Below, one piece after another: positions 55,927 through 64,000 of a stretch of 64,000 nt of DNA (within the stretch, counting starts at the first letter, position 1; every line of letters starts with the position of its first letter). The position numbers were made by a program, and so were the translations under genes. The stretch is from a virus. Location: IMG/VR virus record IMGVR_UViG_3300025133_000033; one strand, given 5' to 3'. The notes under the pieces were generated by a model. That model made no database searches and was not told the DNA's origin. It worked only from the letters and a program-made list of their open reading frames with translations.

Positions 55927-56325
55927 CTACTTCTTCTTTATTTCCCTAAGTTTTCTTAGTCCTTTTCTATATTCTTTTGGTAAGAGTAGCCTCTCTTGTA
56001 TTTCAGGATCTTCCTGGGTCCAAGACTCGCGTACTATCTTACATTTTATTCTTCTAAGTAATTTCCCATCCATCCATATACACTCGTAAAGTCCCGTCTG
56101 ATAATTGTACGTTGGAATTTGGGATCTATCTTTCAAAAGTCTCCAGGCTTTAACTTGATAACGGTTGGAATAACAGGACCAGTCATAGAAGATAGCTTGG
56201 TCAAAGACCAGTCTAGCCTCATCATCATAAAAGTGATTGACCTCTATTAGATCTACTGTCTCTTCAAGGGCAACTTCTTCGTTGGGTTGTAATGCAAAAC
56301 AAAACAATAGGAGCAGTGCCGCCAT
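55927..56325 (-). CDS. secreted/membrane hypothetical protein
   Basis: Signal-like N-terminus; VDLIEVNHFYD...FDQ.IFYDW...AWR. Confidence 0.6.
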   Translation of the reverse strand: MAALLLLFCFALQPNEEVALEETVDLIEVNHFYDDEARLVFDQAIFYDWSCYSNRYQVKAWRLLKDRSQIPTYNYQTGLYECIWMDGKLLRRIKCKIVRESWTQEDPEIQERLLLPKEYRKGLRKLREIKKK

Positions 56326-56342
56326 TGAGCCAGCCTCCTTAA

Positions 56343-56711
56343 TTAATGTAGAAGATCAATCCTACCTTTCTCTAGCACTTCTTTCAAAGGAGCTGTCTTG
56401 CCGTTAGTATGGTTCGTGACAATTCCCTTTTTGAAATCGTATGTGCGAATCCTTGGAGTGTTTTTAATCTTATCGTCGCGTCTCGCCTTCTTCTCTGCTG
56501 CCTGCTGCTCGTCTTGTTGTTCTTTTATTTTTTCCTCGATACGCTTAAGAGCTATGCGATGATTCTGCTTGCGGGTACGCTGTTCGTCTATCTCCACCTT
56601 TAGTCCTGTGGGGATATGAACAATCCTACATCCTGTCTCTACCTTATTCTTATTCTGACCACCAGGGCCTTTCCCTTTGTAGTAAGAAATCTTTAGGTCT
56701 TTCTTATTCAT
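56343..56711 (-). CDS. minimal class I release-factor domain protein (GGQ peptidyl-tRNA hydrolase, ArfB/PrfH-like)
   Basis: GPGGQNKNKVETGCRIVHIPTG, R.Q..N...AL, RIRTYDF; no codon-recognition domain. Confidence 0.85.
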   Translation of the reverse strand: MNKKDLKISYYKGKGPGGQNKNKVETGCRIVHIPTGLKVEIDEQRTRKQNHRIALKRIEEKIKEQQDEQQAAEKKARRDDKIKNTPRIRTYDFKKGIVTNHTNGKTAPLKEVLEKGRIDLLH

Positions 56712-56734
56712 CTCTTCTTCCTTTTGTTAAGTAA

Positions 56735-56807
56735 GTCGTACTCCTGTGAGTCGAACACAGTACGTCTTCCTTATCAGGGAAAACCGCATAACCGATGCAG
56801 CGAGTAC
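56735..56807 (-). tRNA. tRNA-Ile(GAT)
   Basis: Loop CTGATAA, acceptor CGTACTC/GAGTACG. Confidence 0.78.
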
Positions 56808-56978
56808 GGTGTGCAGGCTCACGAGTTCCTGCGTGCCCCTTGAACTGAACCTTGGCTGGCCAATTTAACTCTGTAAAGAGGACCAAGGTAGGGTAATGTT
56901 CCGACCTACATTCAAAGGCCGTATTGGTTGCGGACGACTACCCCCATGAAGAGTAGCCACTGATCAGGTTATCCGCAG

Positions 56979-57050
56979 TGGACAGTACGGGACTCGAACC
57001 CGTAAAACCAGCTTGCAAGGCTAGGATGATCCCAATTTCATCAACCGCCC
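56979..57050 (-). tRNA. tRNA-Ala(TGC)
   Basis: Loop CTTGCAA, G3-U70. Confidence 0.85.
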
Positions 57051-57061
57051 ATGATTGACAG

Positions 57062-57134
57062 TGGGGCCGGTGGGAATCGAGCCCACATTGCCTTGATTAA
57101 AAGTCAAGTACATTACCTTATCTGTCACAGCCCC
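57062..57134 (-). tRNA. tRNA-Lys(TTT)
   Basis: Loop CTTTTAA. Confidence 0.88.
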
Positions 57135-57327
57135 GTAATAAATGCCTGAATCCTACCGCTTAGGTCTGGCATTCCATCGTTTGCAGCCTCGTCTCTGAGT
57201 TCGACGAGCAAGTCCTTTAGTTCAGATAGCTCGTTGCGTCCTAGCTGAGCTAGATGACAATTCTGCGGATCATCACCATTAAAACCACCTCTTATAATTG
57301 CTTCAAGTACCCAGATAGCATGTTCCA

Positions 57328-57726
57328 TTAATAAACCTCGTGATGACATTCATCGTCTTCTTTATTATACACTTTACAGTAGTATTCTTCGTCGATTATT
57401 TGATGCTCAGACCATGCCCCGTCTTCACAAATCTCATAACCGCACTTGGCACAGTTAATTCTTATGTAGTCGAGCGGATTAGAACCAGAAATATCTGTTG
57501 TCCCCATCAGCCCTACTAGCCATTCTATCTTCTTTTGATCATCAGATAAAACTTCTAGGTCGTCCCAATCAAGCTCGCCACGGATCTCGGGGTGCTTGCC
57601 TAAAGCCTCTCCAAAATAAACTATTTCTCCTACGGCCCGCTCTACATCCTCTTCTTCGGCAACAAACAACCCATGTATATCACCGTGTCTTCCGCAGTCC
57701 CAATGAAACTTGTACAGTTTCTTCAT
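57328..57726 (-). CDS. conserved-looking phage protein (F.WDCGR.G...GLFVA...YFGE.LGKH)
   Basis: 132 aa with a C-terminal Cys motif. Confidence 0.6.
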   Translation of the reverse strand: MKKLYKFHWDCGRHGDIHGLFVAEEEDVERAVGEIVYFGEALGKHPEIRGELDWDDLEVLSDDQKKIEWLVGLMGTTDISGSNPLDYIRINCAKCGYEICEDGAWSEHQIIDEEYYCKVYNKEDDECHHEVY

Positions 57727-57760
57727 GCTTAAGATCCTTTCATAATAATGCCCTTTAAAG

Positions 57761-57845
57761 CGGAAGGTGAGGGACTCGAACCCATCAACCCGTCTTAGGG
57801 GCGGCTGTTTTCAAAACAGTCTGCTTTCCAATTCGCATACCTTCC
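57761..57845 (-). tRNA. tRNA-Ser(TGA)
   Basis: Loop TTTGAAA, long variable arm, G73. Confidence 0.88.
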
Positions 57846-58177
57846 ATTTTTAAAGGTAGAACTTAACAACAATCACAACCATCGTAGCAAGGACAGCAAG
57901 GACTACTGAAGAATATATAGCCCAGTTTGCCGTAGCTATCTGATGATCTATCTTAGCCATACGCTCCTTAATCAATCTCTCTTGTTCCAGTATTTCTTTT
58001 TGCCAATCAGTCATTACCGACCCTCTCTATAAGTGTTAGTGCCACTACAACTCTTGCAAAGAAAAAACGTTCTAAACTCTGAAGTAGGTGAAACATCCAT
58101 CATATTAAAGGAACGACAGTCGTTACAGACTGGAAAAAACTTATTCAGTATCCAGTGAATCATATTCTCTCCTTGTA

Positions 58178-58235
58178 TGGTGGACTGATCGGGGAATCGA
58201 ACCCCGCAGCAACTAGTATAGATCCAACCCAGCCC
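58178..58235 (-). ncRNA. 58-nt tRNA-Ala-like mini-RNA with encoded CCA
   Basis: Acceptor GGGCTGG/TCAGTCC-ACCA, T-arm CGGGG-TTCGATT-CCCCG, no D or anticodon arm. Confidence 0.6.
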
Positions 58236-58240
58236 ATAAG

Positions 58241-58315
58241 AGGTTCCGATGGGACTCGAACCCACATATTCTTGATTACAAATCAAGACCGATTGCCATT
58301 TCCGGTCACGGAACC
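58241..58315 (-). tRNA. tRNA-Thr(TGT)
   Basis: Loop TTTGTAA. Confidence 0.88.
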
Positions 58316-58618
58316 ATACGGCGGTTTTAATTATCCTGGTATTGAGATAGTTACTTTTTTTGATCTAGGATGATCCCATCTGTCTTTGATCTTTTTTAGC
58401 CTGCCGTTAGGCATCTCTTGAAAAACGATATGACTTGACCATAGCAGCACTTCTTCTTGAGGCTCTAAGGAGTCTTCTTTTTCTAAAAGCAAAACCTACC
58501 ACAACGTGATTAACAGTCACGCTCCCCGACCTACGGCGATTCTCTGGAATAAGGCGGGCTACAGACAGTCTTACGCGATTTAACGCACTGTAGCTGGATT
58601 TTCAGCAACCCGCACAAG

Positions 58619-58704
58619 TGGGCCATTCGGGATTCGAACCCTCTTTCACCTAGCACTGCCGCATGTTACCGGAACAATGTGATCTAGGCTAACGCCAGTG
58701 ACCC
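58619..58704 (-). ncRNA. D-armless tRNA-like element
   Basis: Acceptor GGGTCA/TGGCCC-A, T-loop TTCGAAT, extended CCTAG...CTAGG arm. Confidence 0.45.
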
Positions 58705-58763
58705 AAAAAAAATGAGGTGCTTTCACACCCCATTATAACATCTATTAGAGGTGAGTCAATCCT

Positions 58764-59165
58764 TTAAAACGGAATTTCTTCGTCCGCTGGAACGTTCGTA
58801 TTTGCAGCAGGGGCGGAACCACTACTGGTTTTTGGGGAGGTCGAACGAGGGGCCAAGTGGATTCGATCTGCGACCACACGCAGCTTCGAACGCTTATTCC
58901 CATCGGTCTCCCAAGTGTCTAGCTTGAGCCTACCTTCTACCATAATGTATTGCCCCTTCTTTAAATACTCTGCAATTGCTTCTCCCTGCTTCCCCCAGAC
59001 GGTAACGTCTACAAAGCAGGCTTCCTCTTGTTTCTCACCATCCTTCGACCAGACACGATTACTGCATACCGAAACATCGGTAACAGCCGTACCTGCGGGG
59101 GTAAATCGTAGTTCAGCGTCTCGCGTTAATCTACCTGAACCCATCCATTTGTTAAGATCACTCAT
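58764..59165 (-). CDS. ssb: single-stranded DNA-binding protein
   Basis: GRLTRDAELRFTP, VWGKQ, KKGQ..VEGRL, C-terminal DEEIPF. Confidence 0.95.
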   Translation of the reverse strand: MSDLNKWMGSGRLTRDAELRFTPAGTAVTDVSVCSNRVWSKDGEKQEEACFVDVTVWGKQGEAIAEYLKKGQYIMVEGRLKLDTWETDGNKRSKLRVVADRIHLAPRSTSPKTSSGSAPAANTNVPADEEIPF

Positions 59166-59196
59166 TCTTTATCTCTCCTAGTACACCAACAAAAAA

Positions 59197-59430
59197 TTAA
59201 AGGGTCGAAAGGCCACGGTACTTCAAGGCTTTCCGAGCTAAACGACGACCATAAGTAGTGCCATTTTCACGCACTAGGTGCCTGAATTCACCAGCAAAGG
59301 TCGTATGTGCGAGTTGGCTAGATGCCTCTCGGGTTGTTAATTGGCCAGAACTCCAACGTCCAATGACCTTTTTTGCGTCATTGTCAGTCTCTAAAAGTAG
59401 TCGCCAGTCCACAGAATTCACTGTTTTCAT
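59197..59430 (-). CDS. hypothetical protein
   Basis: 77 aa with GAGG RBS. Confidence 0.5.
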   Translation of the reverse strand: MKTVNSVDWRLLLETDNDAKKVIGRWSSGQLTTREASSQLAHTTFAGEFRHLVRENGTTYGRRLARKALKYRGLSTL

Positions 59431-59492
59431 GTCCTAAAATCCTCTCTTTTTAAAAAGTGTTATGTCTTCACCCTATATTATACTCTGGAATC

Positions 59493-59774
59493 TCATTTTT
59501 TCTTGATCATCTCAAAAGGATTTGGTAATTTTATGCTTTCGGTCCTATCTTTAGGGTCAACGTGATGTTCGCTCAGCGGTCTCTCATCTTTACTATCAGA
59601 GAAGGTAGGGATCTCCGTTTGATTTCGGATCTCCTCAAGACACTCCTCTAGGTGTACTTCTAGATCCGCCAAACGCTTCCGGTGCTCGTCAGCAGTAAGC
59701 TTATGTCTATCTATCTCCAGACGTACACTAGCGATATATGCTTGAGCCATTTGTGTTACATTAGGTGCAACCAT
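59493..59774 (-). CDS. coiled-coil hypothetical protein
   Basis: 93 aa with GGAG RBS. Confidence 0.5.
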   Translation of the reverse strand: MVAPNVTQMAQAYIASVRLEIDRHKLTADEHRKRLADLEVHLEECLEEIRNQTEIPTFSDSKDERPLSEHHVDPKDRTESIKLPNPFEMIKKK

Positions 59775-59783
59775 TTTTTCTCC

Positions 59784-60125
59784 TTACTGTATATAAGTTC
59801 GTACTTGTTTAATTTTACCCCAACTATCGAATAAAATAAGGCTTACTATAGGGGTTTCTGTTTCAATGTCTCCCTTTTTTTCTGTAAAAATAGAAGATTC
59901 AACACAAACAAGCTTGTCTCGATAACAGGTATTTTTGATTTGGATACTTATTGTATCGAACTCTTCCCAAACCCCACGATGATCCTCCATTAAATCAGCT
60001 TTCCCAACGAAGTGGGCTTCTGGATCAATGAATTCTACTTCGCTAGAGTACATTTCCTGAAGACCTTTTTCATCTTTTGCCGCAAAAGCTGCCAAATACC
60101 TCTTAGCTGCTTCATCCCATATCAT
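59784..60125 (-). CDS. SnoaL/NTF2-like protein
   Basis: Y..AF..KD...L..MYS..V.F.DP; GKIK.VR.Y. Confidence 0.7.
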   Translation of the reverse strand: MIWDEAAKRYLAAFAAKDEKGLQEMYSSEVEFIDPEAHFVGKADLMEDHRGVWEEFDTISIQIKNTCYRDKLVCVESSIFTEKKGDIETETPIVSLILFDSWGKIKQVRTYIQ

Positions 60126-60795
60126 AACAACATCCTCCTACTGAGCCAATACCACGAGTTTCAGGGTCTATCTCTAGATCAGATAATATAGATCGTAGGG
60201 GCTTCCCGTTAAAATCCAAATAAGTATCACTCCATAACGAACCAGTAATAATATCAGAGACCGCATTATAAATCCCGCATCTCCAATAGGTTATCTTCAT
60301 GCTTGGCTGGTCTGATGCCCGATGAAAGAAGGCTCCGTCTATTTTTCCTACTTCTAATGATTCCCAATACAACATATTCTTGTCACGACTAGAGTTAATC
60401 CACTCATGAAATTCAGAGGTCTTCCAAATATGAGGAGTTAAGAAAAAACTTCCTCCTGCATCAGGACACAGGTTATCTGACCCCTCTATCTTTGTAAAGG
60501 AAGATCGACCTATCTTACGTAGTCGAACGTAAGATAAGTTTCTACTAATCATCTCTCCAGCTACTACCTCAAGAGCCTTAAAGTTAGGGGCTTCTAGCAA
60601 TACTGTCCAGGGAGGATTAAAAATAAGGCACTCTCCTAGATCCACGTCCTGTAGTGCTTGAAGAGTCTCTTTGTGGCTCTTGTTTATATCTGGGGCTAAG
60701 AACACCAAGTCTTTCTCATCAATAAATTTAAGAGCCTGAGACTTGATCACATCTTGTATGTCTTGGTCTACGGGAATAATAAATACGTGTTTCAT
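60112..60795 (-). CDS. hypothetical protein (glycosyltransferase-like)
   Basis: YVRLRK...PHIWKT; lies in the sugar cluster. Confidence 0.45.
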   Translation of the reverse strand: MKHVFIIPVDQDIQDVIKSQALKFIDEKDLVFLAPDINKSHKETLQALQDVDLGECLIFNPPWTVLLEAPNFKALEVVAGEMISRNLSYVRLRKIGRSSFTKIEGSDNLCPDAGGSFFLTPHIWKTSEFHEWINSSRDKNMLYWESLEVGKIDGAFFHRASDQPSMKITYWRCGIYNAVSDIITGSLWSDTYLDFNGKPLRSILSDLEIDPETRGIGSVGGCCYDMG

Positions 60796-61595
60796 TTTTT
60801 AATTCCTAATATATGATTAAGGGCTGGTCTGCCATGATAACCAAAGCTTAGTCTTTGGTCAATGCATTCACCTATTGGTAGGTGCTGCATCATAAAGCCT
60901 TCCTTGCGTGCTGTATATCTAGTAGCCTCTTCACTAACAGCTTCCAAAGAAAATCTAGAAGCCACGTCTACAGGAGCAAAATTAATTCCTCTTATATCAA
61001 AGTATGATCTTGCTCCGACACAGAAAAAGAAATCATCAAACTTCGGAGCAGTAGTAAAATGGTTAAAGTGTACAGGACAAACATGCAAAGGGTAAGTTGA
61101 TTTAGAGCTGACCTCTAAGAACTTTCTACTCCTTAAGCAGAACCCGCTATTGCCAACTAGATATCTATTGGGTACTGTTTCTAAGTCTATTTCATCGTCG
61201 CCCACGTTATAGTAATTATCTAAGTGAGCTTTTAAATTTACCGGGCTCCACGGAGCACCTATGTAATCATACTCTAGGAATTCCTCTTTCCAGTTTTCTG
61301 GATACAGAGGAAAACCATCCAACTGACAGGATACGACAAAATCCTCGGTGAACATATCATATAACTTAAAGACAGAAAGAAGCTGGTACTCCTCATAAGA
61401 CAACTGGGGCATAGGCATATAAGCTATACCTTTAACGCGATAGTCTCTATCAATTTTAGTATGGGTGGCAAAATAAATCTTATCGAAGCAGCTAAAATCT
61501 TGCAGATGCTCCCCAAGAAACCCACAGAAGCTATTAAAGTTCTCTAACGCAAGATCTTCATGAACAGCACAGTCAATTAAAACGCACGATATCAT
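60792..61595 (-). CDS. DUF5672-like (GT-A-related) protein
   Basis: QLDGF...W..EFLEYDYIGAPW, GNSGFCLRSRK, DDFF, A..FS.E, FGYHG. Confidence 0.7.
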   Translation of the reverse strand: MISCVLIDCAVHEDLALENFNSFCGFLGEHLQDFSCFDKIYFATHTKIDRDYRVKGIAYMPMPQLSYEEYQLLSVFKLYDMFTEDFVVSCQLDGFPLYPENWKEEFLEYDYIGAPWSPVNLKAHLDNYYNVGDDEIDLETVPNRYLVGNSGFCLRSRKFLEVSSKSTYPLHVCPVHFNHFTTAPKFDDFFFCVGARSYFDIRGINFAPVDVASRFSLEAVSEEATRYTARKEGFMMQHLPIGECIDQRLSFGYHGRPALNHILGIKK

Positions 61596-62368
61596 GAGAA
61601 TCTCTTTGTGTAAGTGGCAGTATCTAAGTCTTTGTTAGGAGTCTCTTGAAGAATCGAAACACCGTAAGGTTTTCTAATGAGCTTAATATTCTGAGCTACT
61701 AGATGCCATAGTAAAATATTTTCAACTTGAAGATAACAGCCTTGCTCAAGATAGCTATATAGATTATCTAATATTCCACAATGATACTTCTTCATCTGTA
61801 GTTCAGATCCTACAGCAAAAACATCGCATAGACCACCCTTCCAGTTTCCAAATTGAGGAATAAGAATTCCACGTCCATATTCTCCTACTGGAGGCAAGGC
61901 ATGATCTAGCTGATGAGATAGTAATATCCTATCTCTATACCTAACCACATAGTCATAGTTGTATAATGAATGTTTCTCGAATGTTTTATATACACGGTCT
62001 AGCTTATAGAGCGTTGAAACCGTACTGATAGGATTTGACTCTGGCCACTTATCATAGTGTGTCTTTTGAAGATCTAGCATAGCCTCTTGTGATTTGGCGG
62101 TGACTTTCTCTAGGCTCTCTACATCTATATGAACAGGCTGATAAAGTTCAGTAAATTCTTCCACATCTTCGGACTCATAGGTGCTAACATATAGATCTAC
62201 CTCAAGATCGTTGTCTCCATGCCTACAAGATTGCAGGATAGCCCCCCTATAATTTGACCATGTGCGTCTGAAGTCACGAATGCCTCCAGCCCACAAGACT
62301 GCTACCTTTGTCATAAGTTTGTGTTCCGTTGAAAATACTGAAGATCTTCCGGTGTACCAAGCCCCCAC
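61592..62368 (-). CDS. glycan-related hypothetical protein
   Basis: KVAV..AG.IR, YDYVVRYRD, DVFAVG; likely start MTKVAV. Confidence 0.55.
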   Translation of the reverse strand: MGAWYTGRSSVFSTEHKLMTKVAVLWAGGIRDFRRTWSNYRGAILQSCRHGDNDLEVDLYVSTYESEDVEEFTELYQPVHIDVESLEKVTAKSQEAMLDLQKTHYDKWPESNPISTVSTLYKLDRVYKTFEKHSLYNYDYVVRYRDRILLSHQLDHALPPVGEYGRGILIPQFGNWKGGLCDVFAVGSELQMKKYHCGILDNLYSYLEQGCYLQVENILLWHLVAQNIKLIRKPYGVSILQETPNKDLDTATYTKRFS

Positions 62369-63042
62369 ATCTTAGCCGCTTCAGAAGTACGTATGATCTT
62401 CCCATCAGAGATAGCCTCATTAAATACGGGACATACATAGAACTCTCCGTTCACCGTAAGATTCTTCTCTATCATTTGTTGAGCATATTTAATATAATCC
62501 CATGCTCTTTTCCAGTAGTAGATACCTGCTGTAGCATTGGTACTGATAGGTCTTTTCTCTGCTACCTCAACCACCCTTCCCTTGCTATCCAGTCTGGCAT
62601 AGCTCCATTTAGGATGAACTGATTGAAAAGTTAGCATTCCCCCATCAGCATTCTCTTCCTCCATCTCTTCAATAAAGTAGGCTAAGCCTCTCCATTCTAC
62701 AAGCTGATCAGTATTAGCAATAACAAGAGGTTGCTTCTCTACTAGATGTGGCTTTGCGAGCAGAGTAGTACATGCTGCTCCAGCAGTGAGACCATTAACT
62801 AATACTACCTGCATTGTAGTGTTGATAGGGATAATACGCTTTAGCATTTCTTTTATATGATATTTTTTTTCATGCTCTGCCCGAACAAGAAAGATGTAGT
62901 TCGCATAGGGATAAGTGAGATTGTTTACCACTGCCTGGATCATAGGCACTCCATGACCGACCTCGATTAAAGGTTTGGGGAATGTGTATCCCGCAGATTT
63001 AAAACGGCTTCCCTCACCAGCCATAGGGATCACAATATTCAT
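62311..63042 (-). CDS. sugar nucleotidyltransferase (dTDP-glucose pyrophosphorylase-like)
   Basis: IPMAGEGSRF..AGY..PKPLI, T.GAACT, AEK..IS..AT.GIYY, NGEFYVCP, LGTPEDL. Confidence 0.85.
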   Translation of the reverse strand: MNIVIPMAGEGSRFKSAGYTFPKPLIEVGHGVPMIQAVVNNLTYPYANYIFLVRAEHEKKYHIKEMLKRIIPINTTMQVVLVNGLTAGAACTTLLAKPHLVEKQPLVIANTDQLVEWRGLAYFIEEMEEENADGGMLTFQSVHPKWSYARLDSKGRVVEVAEKRPISTNATAGIYYWKRAWDYIKYAQQMIEKNLTVNGEFYVCPVFNEAISDGKIIRTSEAAKMWGLGTPEDLQYFQRNTNL

Positions 63043-63662
63043 TGCATTTTTCCTACTAAATCTAAAAGACCTTGGTTGATATCTTGAGGACCATTAACAC
63101 GATACATATAAGCACCGCTTCTATATCCCGCTAATATGCCTGTATTAGAATCTTCAACGACAATGCACTCATCGGGAGCTACTCCTAGTCTTACCATTGA
63201 TAAGTTATACATCAGAGGGTCAGGCTTTGTTTTAGCTATAGAATAGCTACCAATAACAGAATCAAAAAACAAGGAAATCTCTTTGCGTTTCAATACCTCG
63301 TGGACAAACTCGTCCGATGCATTGGATGCTACGGCATACTTGAGATTATATTTATCTTTACCCTGATGAAGCAAGTCTATAAGGTTATCGTCTCGGCCCA
63401 TTTCAGATATTAGATGCTGAGTATTTCTCTTCTTAGCATCATGTAGTGCAGCTACTTTCTCTTTATCATATAAGATATAGTCCTTATCACACAAGAACTC
63501 TGTGCGTCCTCTGGTAGGAATGTTTCCCATAGACTCATACAACTCTGACGAGACAACAAGGTTGTATACCTTTTTTACTGCGGCTATATATGCCTCATAG
63601 TGGAGAAGATGAGTATCGCTAATGACCCCATCCAGATCAAACAGAATAGCTTTTATTGACAT
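63039..63662 (-). CDS. HAD-family phosphatase
   Basis: FDLDGV, VASN, KPDP, VEDS..G. Confidence 0.88.
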   Translation of the reverse strand: MSIKAILFDLDGVISDTHLLHYEAYIAAVKKVYNLVVSSELYESMGNIPTRGRTEFLCDKDYILYDKEKVAALHDAKKRNTQHLISEMGRDDNLIDLLHQGKDKYNLKYAVASNASDEFVHEVLKRKEISLFFDSVIGSYSIAKTKPDPLMYNLSMVRLGVAPDECIVVEDSNTGILAGYRSGAYMYRVNGPQDINQGLLDLVGKMQ

Positions 63663-64000
63663 GGCTTATAGCTCCTCAATACATCTATAATGTATTCGAT
63701 GGATTCATCTGCCAGCTTTGGATAAAGGGGAACGTAGAATCCTCTTGATGCCAACTCTTCTGAATGAGGATAGGTCCATGCTCCTACGAACTCTTTTAGA
63801 AAGACTTGTTCGCTCATTGGCTGGAAATATGTGCGAGAATCAATGCCATGACTAGCAATATGCTGCCTAATATTATCACGCTCCTCTAAGCTGTCTGCCA
63901 GTAGAGGCATGACCCAATAAGCAGAGTGCTCTGTGGTGACGGGGATAGTTAGATGCGGAACATCTCCCAGTCCTTCCTCATACTTTATTCTAATCTCAGC
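63653..64000 (-). CDS. DegT/DnrJ/perosamine-synthase-family aminotransferase, C-terminal part (5' truncated)
   Basis: Frame is open to the window end; YWVM, GIDSRTYFQPM, RGFYVPLYP.L. Confidence 0.8.
   Translation of the reverse strand, partial: AEIRIKYEEGLGDVPHLTIPVTTEHSAYWVMPLLADSLEERDNIRQHIASHGIDSRTYFQPMSEQVFLKEFVGAWTYPHSEELASRGFYVPLYPKLADESIEYIIDVLRSYKPCQ

Noticed and set aside
56940-56977. Hammerhead ribozyme (CUGAUCA near a hairpin)
   Set aside because: The core should be CUGANGA with a downstream GAAA; neither is present.
7659-62622. Numerous short + strand ORFs in the ORF track, and ORFs overlapping tRNAs (e.g. 53736..53990, 56704..56886)
   Set aside because: They are antisense shadows of well-supported - strand genes or overlap RNA genes, and have no motifs.

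Overview
The window is a gene-dense segment (roughly 40% GC) of a large, jumbo-type tailed phage genome. A Planctomycetota host is inferred from protein style and is not proven. 1-7.3 kb (+ strand) is the end of a tail module: a tape-measure-like C-terminus and two large tail proteins. Everything after it is on the - strand. It includes a glycosyltransferase cluster, a phage sigma factor and a replication/recombination module: a DnaE split into two genes around a DnaQ-like exonuclease, a RecB/Cas4-like nuclease, dNMP kinase, primase, DnaB with a LAGLIDADG intein, RecA, a Rad52-like protein and SSB. It also carries a papain-peptidase/holin-like block, nucleotide metabolism genes (NrdJ, dCMP deaminase, ThyA, GuaC, dUTPase), ClpP and a second sugar-nucleotide cluster. 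A 6.4-kb RNA island (52.3-58.7 kb) holds tmRNA, 15 tRNAs, a GGQ release-factor-like gene and several unexplained structured RNAs. Two candidate novel systems stand out. (1) Four scattered genes in which a twin-arginine (Tat) export signal is fused to diverged copies or shuffled fragments of what look like virion proteins (capsid-, decoration- and tail-tube-like). (2) A free-standing ~180-nt RNA in the tRNA island that reproduces the 23S rRNA GTPase-associated centre (H42-H44, the L10/L11 site) almost base for base, with a 96-nt insertion, and sits among tRNA-mimic mini-RNAs. All family assignments are by-eye motif recognition; no searches were run.
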